NCBI GenBank assembly: GCA_963845515.1
Contig: CAWJSR010000057.1
Location: 160,001 to 224,000 of the forward strand
Source of the DNA: an uncultured delta proteobacterium
Lineage (GTDB): Bacteria > Myxococcota > Myxococcia > Myxococcales > Anaeromyxobacteraceae
Length of the DNA stretch: 64,000 nt
Reading direction: 5' to 3'
The notes beneath the pieces were generated by a model. The model was not told the DNA's origin. It worked only from the letters and a program-made list of their open reading frames with translations, and made no database searches. Of the stretch, positions 25,467 through 35,485 are shown piece by piece (the stretch's first letter is position 1; every line of letters begins with the position of its first letter). Position numbers and translations under genes: made by a program.

Positions 25467-26771
25467 ATGACAAAGCGCAAAGACCCTGATCCCAGGCTGG
25501 CTTCCGACGACGAGCTCCCGGAGTCGGAGGAGTTCGATCCCTACGCCCCCCCCGAGGAGCTATCCGGTCCCATGGCCCCCGCACGTGGGGGGCGCGGGGA
25601 GCGTGGGTCCAGGGGGGCCGATGACGAGGTCGCGCTGGACTTCGGCTCGCAGTCGCCCGCGCGCAGGGGGCTCCCGAAGACGGCCATCGCCATCGCGGTC
25701 GTAGTCCTCGTCGCGGCCGGGCTCCTGGCCTACAGATCGGTCTCCCGCCGGAAGGCGCTCCGGACGGCGGTGGCGCAGGCGGAGGTCGACCTCCGGCTCG
25801 ACACTGCCGACGGATACAGGAAGGCCTCGGAGATCCTCGCGCCGTTTGCCGTGCAGGATCCGCTCGAGACCGGGGGCATGCGGGCGTTCGCGCTCGGGAT
25901 GCTCGCCCTCGACTACCGTGACTCCGACGCCGCCGACGAGGCGGAGGGCTTGCTGGTGAAGCCCGAGCGAGCGGACCCGATCCCGCGCTGGGCCAACCTC
26001 GCCCGCGCCGCGCTGGCGCTGAGCCGGGGTGAGGCCGGGACCGCGATGACCGCCGCTAGCCGGGTCCCCGGCGATCCGGTGGCCGCGACGCTGGAAGGTC
26101 GGATCGCGCTGGCAGCGGGCAACCTCGAGGCGGCGCTGGAGCCCCTCCACTCAGCCGCCGCAGCCGAGCCGCCGCTTCCGGCGGCGCTGGCGCTCCACGG
26201 CGACGTCGTGCGCCGCGCCAAGCGCGACGGCAAGGCCGCGAAGGCAGCCTACACCCGTGCGCTCTCGAGCTCCGGGGCACACGTCCATGCGCGGGCAGCC
26301 TTCGGCCTGGCCAAGCTGGCGCTGACAGGCCAGCTCCCGCCGGCTGACGCGACGGAGCAGCTCGTGAGGCTGGCGGCCGACGATGGAACGCCTCCCAACG
26401 AGCGGGCTCGAGCCGTGCTGCACGCCGCAGCGATCGCCATCCGGGCAGGCGACCGCGTCATGGCCGCCTCGCTGCTCGACGGCGCCGGGTTCGACCCGGC
26501 CTCGCGGGACTGGGCGGAGAGGGCGGCCACTCTCGAGGCCGACACCGGCCGGATCTACCGCGCCGTCGAGGGGGCTCCTGCCGGGCTGCTGTCGGCCAGC
26601 GACGACGATCCTCCCGAGCTTCCGCCGGTGGTGATCGCACCTCCAGAACCCGCCCCGACGGCTGCGCCGGCGAAGGTCACCCGGACCAAGGCGGCTGCGA
26701 AGCGGTCGACCGTGCCCAAGAAGAAGGCCGCCGTCCGGAAGGCGACCCGGAAGACGGGCACGCGGCGCTGA
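25467..26771 (+). CDS. Membrane-anchored helical (TPR-like) hypothetical protein
   Basis: Acidic N-terminus, one TM segment, Ala-rich helical repeats, basic tail. Confidence 0.75.
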   Translation: MTKRKDPDPRLASDDELPESEEFDPYAPPEELSGPMAPARGGRGERGSRGADDEVALDFGSQSPARRGLPKTAIAIAVVVLVAAGLLAYRSVSRRKALRTAVAQAEVDLRLDTADGYRKASEILAPFAVQDPLETGGMRAFALGMLALDYRDSDAADEAEGLLVKPERADPIPRWANLARAALALSRGEAGTAMTAASRVPGDPVAATLEGRIALAAGNLEAALEPLHSAAAAEPPLPAALALHGDVVRRAKRDGKAAKAAYTRALSSSGAHVHARAAFGLAKLALTGQLPPADATEQLVRLAADDGTPPNERARAVLHAAAIAIRAGDRVMAASLLDGAGFDPASRDWAERAATLEADTGRIYRAVEGAPAGLLSASDDDPPELPPVVIAPPEPAPTAAPAKVTRTKAAAKRSTVPKKKAAVRKATRKTGTRR

Positions 26772-26923
26772 TCCGGGCACCGCGGGGCTCGGCGCGCAGG
26801 CGGGCCGCCTGCCGTGCGGGCTAGCCACCCCGCACTGCACGCTCCGCTGGCAGTCAGGTGGCGCCCAACCGCGCGCCGCCGCCGCACGTCCGGAAAGATC
26901 CAGTCCTTTCAGCCCCCCAGCCT

Positions 26924-26939
26924 CGGCACACCGGCTGCA
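26924..26939 (+). promoter_or_regulatory. Sigma54 -24/-12 promoter of amtB
   Basis: CGGCACACCGGCTGCA, GG-N10-GC at 26925/26937. Confidence 0.7.
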
Positions 26940-26975
26940 ATCGCCAGTGCTGTCGCTCAACCGCTGGAGGCAAAT

Positions 26976-28346
26976 GTGAGAAAGTTCCTGCTGGCCCCGC
27001 TGCTCTTCGCGCCCTCGATCACGCTGGCGTCGGGTGGCATAGACACCGGCGACACCGCCCTCGTCCTCATCGGCGCCGGGCTGGTGCTCCTGATGACCCC
27101 CGGCCTCGCGTTCTTCTACGGCGGCCTGGTGCGCGCGAAGAACGTCGTCCACACGATGAACATGTCGATCGCCTGCATGGCGGTCGCGGGCGTCATCTGG
27201 GCGCTCGTCGGGTACTCGCTCTCGTTCTCGCCCGGCACCGGCGCTCTCGACGCGGTCATCGGCGGCTTCGCCTGGCTGGGGCTCGGCGGCGTGGGGGCAG
27301 CGCCCGAGCCTTCGCTCGCGGCGACCATACCCCACACGGCCTTCATGCTCTTCCAGGGGATGTTCGCGGTGATCACGCCCGCGCTCATCTCGGGCGCGAT
27401 CGTCGAGCGCGCCCGGATCAAGGGGTGGCTCCTCTTCGTGGCGCTCTGGAGCATCTTCGTCTACGCGCCGGTCGCGCACTGGGTCTGGGCGCCGGGCGGC
27501 TGGCTCCGCGGGCTCGGCGTCCTCGACTTCGCCGGTGGGACGGTGGTCCACATCAACGCCGCCGCCGCGGCCGTCGTCGCCGCGCTGGTGCTCGGCAAGC
27601 GTCGCGGCCTGCGCGGCCCGACGGTCATGCCGCACAACGTCCCCTTCGCCATCCTCGGGATGGGGCTCCTGTGGTTCGGCTGGCTCGGCTTCAACGGCGC
27701 GTCCGCGCTCGGCGCCAACGGCCTCGCCGCCGCGGCCTTCGCCAACACCTTCTTCGCCCCTGCCGCGGCCGCGGCAGCGTGGGGGCTCATCGAGGTCTGG
27801 AAGCACGGAAAGATGTCCGGGGTCGGGCTCGCCTCCGGCGCGGTCGCGGGGATGGTCGCCATCACCCCCGCCGCAGGGTTCGTCACCCCAGCGGCATCGC
27901 TGGTCATCGGCGCGCTCGCCTCCGTCGCCTCCTTCGTGGCGGTCCGGTTCCGCCCGCGGCTGGGGCTCGACGACTCCCTCGACGTCTTCGGAATCCACGG
28001 GGTCGGGGCGACGGTCGGCGCGCTCCTGACCGGGGTCTTCGCCACCACCGCGGTCAACTCCGCCGGCGCCGACGCGAGCCTGCTCCTCTTCGGAAAGCAG
28101 GCGCTCGGCGTGGCCGCGACCATGGCCTTCTCCGGGCTGCTGACCTACGGCCTCCTGAAGGCCGTCGGGCTCGTGACCACGCTCCGCTCGGACGAGCAGG
28201 ACGAGTGGACCGGCCTCGACCACGCCGAGGCCGGAGAGCGAGGCTACGTGAGCGGCGACATGGACTCAGCCCACGTCAGCCCGCCCGCCACCTCGGCGGC
28301 GCACCCGGAGACCGGGAGCACGGCGCTCTCGCCGAACGCGGTCTAG
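26976..28346 (+). CDS. amtB: Ammonium transporter
   Basis: LMTPGLAFFYGG, FQGMFAVITPALISGA, DFAGGTVVH, WFGWLGFN, DDSLDVFGIHG; GTG start after GGAGG. Confidence 0.97.
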   Translation: MRKFLLAPLLFAPSITLASGGIDTGDTALVLIGAGLVLLMTPGLAFFYGGLVRAKNVVHTMNMSIACMAVAGVIWALVGYSLSFSPGTGALDAVIGGFAWLGLGGVGAAPEPSLAATIPHTAFMLFQGMFAVITPALISGAIVERARIKGWLLFVALWSIFVYAPVAHWVWAPGGWLRGLGVLDFAGGTVVHINAAAAAVVAALVLGKRRGLRGPTVMPHNVPFAILGMGLLWFGWLGFNGASALGANGLAAAAFANTFFAPAAAAAAWGLIEVWKHGKMSGVGLASGAVAGMVAITPAAGFVTPAASLVIGALASVASFVAVRFRPRLGLDDSLDVFGIHGVGATVGALLTGVFATTAVNSAGADASLLLFGKQALGVAATMAFSGLLTYGLLKAVGLVTTLRSDEQDEWTGLDHAEAGERGYVSGDMDSAHVSPPATSAAHPETGSTALSPNAV

Positions 28347-28350
28347 TCTC

Positions 28351-28836
28351 CTAGCCGACCAGCTGCGCGAGGACGGTGTCGAAGACGAAGATCTCCATCC
28401 GCTCGCGGTCCGCGTCGGAGAGCCCCGCGAAGCGGAAGGAGACGCGGACGTTGCCGGTCTGGGCCTTCACGTCGGTGACCCGGCACTGTCCGGCGAGCGG
28501 CTCCGACGCGGGCATCCGGATCGAGAAGCGGACCTCCTCTCCGAGCGACGGCGACTTGGAGAGGAGGGTCGAGAACCCGCCCGTCGACACGTCTATGGTC
28601 ACGGCCTTGACGTGGCTGGTCGGAAGGTCGAGGTCCACCTGGAGCGCCCGCGAGACGCGGAGCGCCTGCCGCGGCGTCTCGCCCGGCTTCACGGTGAGCC
28701 GCTGGGCCGCGAGGAGAGCGCGCGCGAGCTCGTCGCGCCCCGCCCTGTAGACGGCCGCCTCCCGCGGGTTGAGCTGGGCACGGCGGGCCCGCTCGTGCAT
28801 GTCGCGGAACGTGGAAAGCCACTCGGCCAGGCTCAT
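28351..28836 (-). CDS. PilZ domain protein
   Basis: PRQALRV (RxxxR) and DVSTGG (DxSxxG). Confidence 0.88.
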   Translation of the reverse strand: MSLAEWLSTFRDMHERARRAQLNPREAAVYRAGRDELARALLAAQRLTVKPGETPRQALRVSRALQVDLDLPTSHVKAVTIDVSTGGFSTLLSKSPSLGEEVRFSIRMPASEPLAGQCRVTDVKAQTGNVRVSFRFAGLSDADRERMEIFVFDTVLAQLVG

Positions 28837-28947
28837 CGCCGCCCCCTCACTGTCCACGGCGGGTGCCGCGGCCACTGCAAACACGTCGCGCGACCGTAAC
28901 CCCGCGCCGTTCTGGCGGTCAAGGAATCGCCCCCACCAGCGCGCCGT

Positions 28948-29463
28948 TCACCGTGCGGAATCGAACCGGACCGAACCCTCGACACCGCGCTGGGCCGCGG
29001 CCGTCGCCGCGTCCATGGGCGATACCCCCATGAACTCCACCCGATACTGCCGGGGCCCGTCACAGGCCGCCCACGCCCACCCGTGCCAGCCGCGCCGATC
29101 GCCCTCCATCACGAAGGCAGCCCGCCCGCCCAACCTCGTCGGATGGCTCCGGCTCCGCTCGAGGCCAGCCGCGCTACGCCCGATCGACTGGTCGGCCTGG
29201 GCGAGGCACTCGGCCTCGGTCGCGAAGGGTCGCTCCAGCCTGGCGGCCTTCAGCACCGCCTGGCCGTCCCGCGACTTCGCGTCGATCCGGACGGCATCAC
29301 CCCTCGCGCCCCAATCATCCGGGAGCTCGAGCGTCAGCTCGCCTACCCTGTAGCCGAGCCAGCCTTCCCTGCCGGTCGGGAGTCCGCGCAGCCCGCCACA
29401 CCCGGTCGAGAGCAGCAGCAGCGCTGCGCAGGCGAGCGTGGACGACCGGATGGTCCGCTTCAT
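28948..29463 (-). CDS. Hypothetical lipoprotein
   Basis: Lipobox-like LLSTGC after a basic N-terminus. Confidence 0.65.
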   Translation of the reverse strand: MKRTIRSSTLACAALLLLSTGCGGLRGLPTGREGWLGYRVGELTLELPDDWGARGDAVRIDAKSRDGQAVLKAARLERPFATEAECLAQADQSIGRSAAGLERSRSHPTRLGGRAAFVMEGDRRGWHGWAWAACDGPRQYRVEFMGVSPMDAATAAAQRGVEGSVRFDSAR

Positions 29464-29496
29464 CGAGATCACCGATACCCCTCCCCTCGAAGCTCA

Positions 29497-30807
29497 CTAC
29501 GGCGGAAGTCGCGACGCGAAGGTGCGGGCCGAGATCCCGAAGCACTCCTGCCCATCGCTCGCCTCCACGCGAACCCTCACCACCTGGCCGCGCCGCTCGT
29601 CCGAGGCGGGCCAGCGGACCGTGGCGTAGCGGCGCGAAGTCCCGCGCGCCAGGCCGCCCTCGACCCGCTCCACGACGACGTCCAGGACGTGCCCTGCGAG
29701 CCCCTTGATGTAGGTCCGCCACCGCCGGTCTCCGAGGGCCACCAGCTCCCGTGCGCGCTCGCGGACCACCGGGCCGGCGACCTGATCCTGCATCGCGGCG
29801 GCCGGCGTCCCGGGGCGGGCCGAGTATGGGAAGACGTGCAGGTAGGCGAGCGGCAGCTGCTCGAGGAGCCGAACCGTCTCGCGGAAGTCCTCGTCGGTCT
29901 CGCCCGGGAAGCCCACCATCACGTCCGTCCCAAGGCACGCCCCGGGCGCGAGCGCGGCGATCTCCTCGATGACCTTCCTGAATCCGCCGGGACCGTACCT
30001 TCGCCTCATGAGGCGAAGGATCCGCTCCGAGCCGCTCTGGAGCGGGATGTGGAAGTGGTCGCAAAGGACGCCCGAGACGGCCGGGTCGACCAGCGCCTCC
30101 ACCGGGAACTCCTCGGACTCTATCGAGGAGAGGCGAAGCCGGCCGGCGGCCCTGCGCTCCACCGCCACCCGCAGGAGCTCGGCCAGGCTCCGCTCCGGCG
30201 CCAGATCCCGACCGTACGCCCCCAGGTGAACGCCCGTGAGGACCACCTCGGCGTTCCGCTCGCCGAGGCGGGCCAGCTGCGCGAGCGCCTGATCGAAGGG
30301 CATCGACCGGGAGGCACCTCGCGCCAGCGGCACCACACAGAAGCTGCAGCGCTGGTCGCAGCCGTCCTGGAGCTTCAGGAACGGGCGCGTGTGCCCGTAG
30401 GCCTCCAGCGGCGCGGGCCCCCACTCCGGCCCCACCTCAGGGGCGCGCGCGGCCGGAGAGATCTCGTCGCCGGACAGACGCCCCAGGACCTCCCTGATCG
30501 CCGTCTGCTGCCTCACCCCGAGCACGGCCGCCACGCCGGGCAGCACAGCGAGGACGTCGTGGGCGAGCTCCGCGTAGCACCCCGTGACGACGATCCTGGC
30601 CGTAGGGTTCTCCCGCGCCGCGCGCCGGATCGCCTGCCGCGCGGCCGAGTCTGCGTCGTGGGTGATCGTGCAGGTGTTGACGACGATGAAGTCGGCAGGC
30701 TCCCCCTCCGGCACGACGTGGAAGGCGCCGTCGACGCTGGCCGCCATCGTGTCGAGGTCGGCGCGGTTGACGCGGCACCCGAGGGCCATGAAGGAGACGC
30801 GCCGCAT
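29497..30807 (-). CDS. mtaB: tRNA t6A methylthiotransferase (radical SAM)
   Basis: LGCRVN, VNTCTIT, VTGCYA, GCDQRCSFC, LTGVHLG, VGFPGET, HVFPYS. Confidence 0.93.
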   Translation of the reverse strand: MRRVSFMALGCRVNRADLDTMAASVDGAFHVVPEGEPADFIVVNTCTITHDADSAARQAIRRAARENPTARIVVTGCYAELAHDVLAVLPGVAAVLGVRQQTAIREVLGRLSGDEISPAARAPEVGPEWGPAPLEAYGHTRPFLKLQDGCDQRCSFCVVPLARGASRSMPFDQALAQLARLGERNAEVVLTGVHLGAYGRDLAPERSLAELLRVAVERRAAGRLRLSSIESEEFPVEALVDPAVSGVLCDHFHIPLQSGSERILRLMRRRYGPGGFRKVIEEIAALAPGACLGTDVMVGFPGETDEDFRETVRLLEQLPLAYLHVFPYSARPGTPAAAMQDQVAGPVVRERARELVALGDRRWRTYIKGLAGHVLDVVVERVEGGLARGTSRRYATVRWPASDERRGQVVRVRVEASDGQECFGISARTFASRLPP

Positions 30808-30818
30808 GGGTCGCGGCA

Positions 30819-31667
30819 CTACGCTGCCGAGCCGCCCGGCGCGGGGATCTCGAGGACGAACTTCGCGCCCGAGAAGAGCCGGGCCACGGTCCCCGGCTGC
30901 GTTCGCGGCGGGCTCTCCACCCAGGCGGCCCCACCGTGCGCCTCGGCGATCCGGCGCGCGACGGGGAGCCCGAGCCCCGACCCTGGAATGCTGGCGTCGT
31001 CCACGCCCCGGGTGGCGGCGTGGTGGAACGGCTCGAAGATCGCCAGCTGGTCGGCTGGAAGGACGCCCGGGCCCTGATCGTAGACCGCCACGCGGAGCAC
31101 CTCCGCCTCGCGCAGCACCTCGACCAGGATCTCTCCGCCGTGGGGGGAGAACTTGATGGCGTTCCCGATGACGTTCCCGATGGCCTGCTTCAGCTTCTTC
31201 GCGTCGGCGACGAGCGCACCTCCCCCGGTCTTCGTGACCGTGACGTGCACCTGCCCATCGCGGATCGCGGCGCGGAGCTCCGCGACCACCTCGTCGACGA
31301 TGGCCGCGGGGTCCACCGGCGCCAGCTTCAGCGACGCGGCGCTCGTCTGGAGGCTCGCGAAGTCGGAGAGGTTCTCGATGATGCGCGACAGCCGCGCCAC
31401 CGATCCGAGCATCGACTCCAGGACCTTCTTCTGCTGCGGGGAGAGCGGCCCGAGCTTCTCGCTCTGGAGGATCCGGAGGTAGCCGGCGAGCGGCGTGATC
31501 GGCGTGCTGAGCTCGTGGACGAGGTCGCGCACGAAGGTCGCGCGGGCCGTCTCGGAGGCCTCGGGCGAACCGGTGGCGCTCTCGATGGAGAGCCCGGCCT
31601 CCTCGATCATCCTTCGCAGGTTGGCGGGGAGCGGCTCGGCGCCCACGATGTGAATCACACGGCCCAT
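30819..31667 (-). CDS. Histidine kinase (HisKA plus HATPase, no obvious sensor domain)
   Basis: HELSTP, NAIKFS, DQGPG, GSGLGL. Confidence 0.9.
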   Translation of the reverse strand: MGRVIHIVGAEPLPANLRRMIEEAGLSIESATGSPEASETARATFVRDLVHELSTPITPLAGYLRILQSEKLGPLSPQQKKVLESMLGSVARLSRIIENLSDFASLQTSAASLKLAPVDPAAIVDEVVAELRAAIRDGQVHVTVTKTGGGALVADAKKLKQAIGNVIGNAIKFSPHGGEILVEVLREAEVLRVAVYDQGPGVLPADQLAIFEPFHHAATRGVDDASIPGSGLGLPVARRIAEAHGGAAWVESPPRTQPGTVARLFSGAKFVLEIPAPGGSAA

Positions 31668-31721
31668 CCAACCTCCAGCTTAACCCCGGGGGCGCGGATT
31701 ATACGCACCCGCGCCACGGAG

Positions 31722-33044
31722 TCACCTCACCGGGGGCCCTCGGCTGGCCCAGTACGCGCGCGCCAGGGCGGCGAGCGTGTCCGGGGTATTCCGGCCCGGC
31801 TCGGCGAGGACGCAGTCGAGCAGGTGGCGCAGCGTCTCGCCGACCCATGCACCCGACTCTGCGCCTGCCAGGTCCATGAGTCCACGCCCGTCGAGCGCGA
31901 GCTCCCCCAGGGAGAGTGGGGGGCGCCTGGCCAGCTCCCGCTCGACCTCCCAGGCGAAGGCACGGACCGCCCGCTGCGCGCGCCGGCGAAGCCGGTTCGG
32001 GACCGCCCTCGCCTCGACCGCGCGGAGGGCCACGAGCTCCAGCCACCGCTCCCGCCCCCCCTCCGCGAGCCAGCGGCGGAGCTCGGGCCCCGCGGCGGGC
32101 CCTGGCACTGGCGGCGTGGTGCCGCCGCGCAGGCAGGCGTGCTGCCGCAGCAGGGCCGCGACGGCGTCGGTGGTCCGGCGCGACATCCGCAGCCCGAAGA
32201 GGACGCCTGCCGCAGCCTCCGGCCGGAGCGCGCGATGGAGCAGCCACGCGAAGCGGAGCTCCGGCGCCGGCGGGAGGGCCTCCAGCCCAGCGATCGAGTG
32301 GCGCAGCTCGGCCGCCGGGAGCTTCGCGACGTCCGGGAGGACGACGTTCAGCAGGCCGGTCCTGCGCATCAGCTCGACCCCGCGCTCGGCGTGCGGCGCG
32401 ACCATGAGGCGGGTCAGCTCCTCGGCGACCCGCTCGGTGGAGACCTTGCGGACCACGTCGAGGGCTCCCGGGATGGCAGCGCGGGTACGGGAGTGCAGGT
32501 CGTAGCCGAGCTGCGCCGCGAAGCGCACGGCGCGCATGGCGCGCAGGCCGTCCTCCGCGAAGCGCTCGCGCGGATCGCCGACGGCACGGAGGAGGCGGCG
32601 GCGTAGGTCGTCGCGGCCGTCGAACGGATCCCGGAGCTCGTGCTCCAGCGGGTCGAAGGCGAGCGCGTTGATCGTGAAGTCGCGGCGGGCGAGGTCCTCG
32701 GTCAGGTCGCCGTGGAACACGACCGACTCCGGGCGGCGACCGTCGACGTACTCCCCCTCCCCGCGGAAGGTGGTCACCTCGACCTTCGCCTTGCCGACGA
32801 GCACGGTGACCGTCCCGTGGTCGATGCCGGTGGGGATGACGCGATGGAAGAGGGACGTGACCTCGGCCGGGGTCGCCGGCGTGGCGATGTCGAAGTCCTG
32901 CGCTTCGCGCGGCCTGTGCAGGAGCAGGTCGCGCACGGCGCCGCCGACGAGCCAGGAGCGGTGGCCGGCCTCGCCAAGCGTCCGCAGCACCGAGAGGACC
33001 GGCTGGGGGAAGGAGGCGCGGGCGAGGGCAGCTGGGACGCGCAT
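31722..33044 (-). CDS. cca: Class II tRNA nucleotidyltransferase (CCA-adding family)
   Basis: VGGAVRD, DFDIAT, EVTTFR, RRDFTINA, EDGLR. Confidence 0.9.
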   Translation of the reverse strand: MRVPAALARASFPQPVLSVLRTLGEAGHRSWLVGGAVRDLLLHRPREAQDFDIATPATPAEVTSLFHRVIPTGIDHGTVTVLVGKAKVEVTTFRGEGEYVDGRRPESVVFHGDLTEDLARRDFTINALAFDPLEHELRDPFDGRDDLRRRLLRAVGDPRERFAEDGLRAMRAVRFAAQLGYDLHSRTRAAIPGALDVVRKVSTERVAEELTRLMVAPHAERGVELMRRTGLLNVVLPDVAKLPAAELRHSIAGLEALPPAPELRFAWLLHRALRPEAAAGVLFGLRMSRRTTDAVAALLRQHACLRGGTTPPVPGPAAGPELRRWLAEGGRERWLELVALRAVEARAVPNRLRRRAQRAVRAFAWEVERELARRPPLSLGELALDGRGLMDLAGAESGAWVGETLRHLLDCVLAEPGRNTPDTLAALARAYWASRGPPVR

Positions 33045-33085
33045 CTCGGCGCCAGGGGCGGTCGAGGGGCGGCAGCCCCTCTCCC

Positions 33086-33394
33086 TCAGTGCGACAGGCT
33101 GCGCGCGCGCTCCTCATGAGCGCGATCGAGGAGGCGGAAGTAGAGCCGGATGAGGGAGATGCGTGCGCGGGGGGTCATGGTGTCCACCGCGCCTCGCGCG
33201 ACCGGCATCGGCTCCCGGCACATGGACAGCAGCGCGGCGCCGACCTCGTTCGCGTCCTCGACACTCACCGGGCAGTCGGGCGCCTCGAAGGCGGTGCGGA
33301 TCTCGTCGGCGCTGAAGAGGGGATGGTGACCGTTCAGGCCGTGGACGAGGAGCTTGTTGAGCCTTCCCGGCGCCAGCGTCGCGATCTTCTCCAT
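33086..33394 (-). CDS. Hypothetical protein
   Basis: About 102 aa with GC3-biased codons; purine-rich RBS. Confidence 0.65.
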   Translation of the reverse strand: MEKIATLAPGRLNKLLVHGLNGHHPLFSADEIRTAFEAPDCPVSVEDANEVGAALLSMCREPMPVARGAVDTMTPRARISLIRLYFRLLDRAHEERARSLSH

Positions 33395-33412
33395 CCCCTT
33401 CCCCTTTCTCAA

Positions 33413-33486
33413 TGACCCCGGCGTGACTCGAACACGCGACCTGCGGTTTAGGAAACCGCCGCTCTATCCGGCTGAGCTACGGGGCC
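33413..33486 (-). tRNA. tRNA-Arg(CCT), CCA not encoded
   Basis: GGCCCCGTAGCTCAGCCGGATAGAGCGGCGGTTTCCTAAACCGCAGGTCGCGTGTTCGAGTCACGCCGGGGTCA folds as a cloverleaf with anticodon CCT. Confidence 0.96.
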
Positions 33487-33586
33487 TCGTCGCCGTGACC
33501 GTGATTCAGGCCCTGCGCACCGGCGCGATATAGCACAGACGCGGCGGAGTGGGTGGCGCAGATGTAGGTTCACTCCACGCGAAGTC

Positions 33587-33602
33587 TGGCACGCGGGAAG
33601 CA
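33587..33602 (+). promoter_or_regulatory. Sigma54 -24/-12 promoter upstream of the FabH-like gene
   Basis: TGGCACGCGGGAAGCA, GG-N10-GC. Confidence 0.6.
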
Positions 33603-33835
33603 TCCCGCGAACACGTGACACGCTGCCTTGCTACTCCCACACCGGCTCCACGAATCGCCCCCTCCCGTAACGGCGGGGGGTTGGAGGAGAACGATCACTT
33701 TCACGTGGGCCATGTCACCCATGGTGGGTTGACCCCGGGTGCGAATCGACCACCCAGTCATCCCACATCGACACACGAGGAATCGTCAGGACCTGCGGCA
33801 TCTTGTCAGCGAACGCTGTACACGTGGAGTGGACG

Positions 33836-34918
33836 ATGAAGACTGTGAGATACGTCGGCGCCGGCGCCTACATGCCGCCACGAGTGGTGAAGAACGAGAA
33901 GCTCGTGAAGGCCATCCCTGGCTGGTCCGCCGAGCGGATCGAGCAGCGGACCGGGATCGCGGAGCGGCGCTACCTCTGGGACTTCGATCCCGAGGCTGGC
34001 GTCGCGATCTCACCCGAGGCGGATGACCCCGCGCTGCTGCGCGGCAACGCCGACATGGTGGAGGAGTCCCTGCGCCGCGCGCTCGACTCCGCTGGGCTCT
34101 CGGCGTCGGACCTGGACGGCGTCTACGTCGTCACCAGCACGCCCGACGAGATCAACTTCTGCCGCGACGCCGTCGAGGTGCACCGGCGGCTGGGGATGCG
34201 CTCCGACGCCTTCGCGCTGCTCGTCGACTCGGGCTGCGGCGGGGCCGTCTACATGATCGACATGGCCCAGAAGCTCATCCTCTCGCAGCAGGCGAGGACC
34301 ATCGCCGTGGTCGCGTCGACCCTGGCCTCGCCGTTCCTGCACCGGGAGACCTTCACCTCCCCGATGCCCGGCAACCCGAAGATCAACGCCTACCTCTCCT
34401 TCTACATGTTCGGCGACGGCGCGGGCGCGATCATCCTCAGGGGCGACTCCGGCTCGAAGCTCGGCGTGCAGGCCTCGACGTCGGCCACCGACCACCCCGA
34501 GCTGGTCATCCACCGCGCAGGCGGCGCCCAGCTGCCGCCGTCGCGCGCGACCCGGGCCGACAACGCGTGGTACGTGGACGGCCCGACCGTGGCCAAGGCG
34601 TACCCCGAGTACATGAAGCGCGCAGTGGACACGCTCCTCAACGGCCACAAGGCCGAGCTGATGCCGGAGATCCAGCGCTACTACCTGCACCAGGCCAACA
34701 AGTTCGTGCTCCTCAAGTTCGTCGCCGAGGCCGGGATCCCGCCCGAGAAGGTCCCGCTCAACGTCCACCGCTACGGCAACACCTCAGCGGCGAGCACGCT
34801 CATCCTCTTCGCGGAGGACATCGCGCAGGGGAACGTCAAGCTCGGATCCGGCGACCTGGTCCTCTTCGCCGCCATCGGCGCCGGCGTTCACTACGGCGGC
34901 CAGCTCGTTCGCGTGTAA
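33836..34918 (+). CDS. Ketoacyl-ACP synthase III (FabH-like) family protein
   Basis: RTGIAERR, SGCGG (Cys), FGDGAGA, HQAN, YGNTSAAS: Cys-His-Asn triad. Confidence 0.92.
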   Translation: MKTVRYVGAGAYMPPRVVKNEKLVKAIPGWSAERIEQRTGIAERRYLWDFDPEAGVAISPEADDPALLRGNADMVEESLRRALDSAGLSASDLDGVYVVTSTPDEINFCRDAVEVHRRLGMRSDAFALLVDSGCGGAVYMIDMAQKLILSQQARTIAVVASTLASPFLHRETFTSPMPGNPKINAYLSFYMFGDGAGAIILRGDSGSKLGVQASTSATDHPELVIHRAGGAQLPPSRATRADNAWYVDGPTVAKAYPEYMKRAVDTLLNGHKAELMPEIQRYYLHQANKFVLLKFVAEAGIPPEKVPLNVHRYGNTSAASTLILFAEDIAQGNVKLGSGDLVLFAAIGAGVHYGGQLVRV

Positions 34919-34954
34919 CAATCGTCCTTCTTCGAGTGTCCACAACAAAGGGAG

Positions 34955-35485
34955 ATGCACATGAACGTCACCCGCACCTTCGCGCTCGCCCTACTGGTCC
35001 TCGCCGCCGGCTCCGCCAGCGCCGGCGAGGAGATCCTGCTGCTCCAGACGCAGGAGAGCACTGACATCGCGGCGCCCTGCCCGGGCCAGAACATCAAGCT
35101 GGGCGCATACGTCTACGCTCCCCGCACCCGCGCGGCGGATGGGCAGGTCGTGAAGGAGCTGGGAAACCCCGTCGGCACGGTCGTCGGCTGCGGCCTGATG
35201 ACGACGGTCGCCCCCGGCTCGAGGGCGCCGTTCAACATGTCCTTCGACCTCGGCGGCCGGAAGGTCTACGCCGCGGGCGAGTGCACGGTCGCGGACTGGT
35301 TCTTCCCGATTCCGGGCGCGCCTGCGCCCGTCCTGCTGGTTGGCTGCTACCTCTCGGTCGCGAAGGACGAGAGCCAGGGGCTGGTCAAGGGGATCGCCAC
35401 GAGCGCCAGCATCTTCATCCCGTACGCGATCCCGGGGTACGACACCGGCTCGTTCTGGACGCTCCACCTGTACACGGCGGAGTAG
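34955..35485 (+). CDS. Secreted hypothetical protein
   Basis: Signal peptide ending ASA; beta-rich, several Cys; GGAG RBS. Confidence 0.75.
   Translation: MHMNVTRTFALALLVLAAGSASAGEEILLLQTQESTDIAAPCPGQNIKLGAYVYAPRTRAADGQVVKELGNPVGTVVGCGLMTTVAPGSRAPFNMSFDLGGRKVYAAGECTVADWFFPIPGAPAPVLLVGCYLSVAKDESQGLVKGIATSASIFIPYAIPGYDTGSFWTLHLYTAE

Noticed and set aside
26830..26870. NtrC binding site upstream of amtB
   Set aside because: Only a TGCAC half-site is visible; no convincing palindrome.
29497..31671. 724-aa ORF suggesting a kinase-MtaB fusion
   Set aside because: The N-terminal part is an alternative frame of the kinase gene; MtaB starts at 30807.
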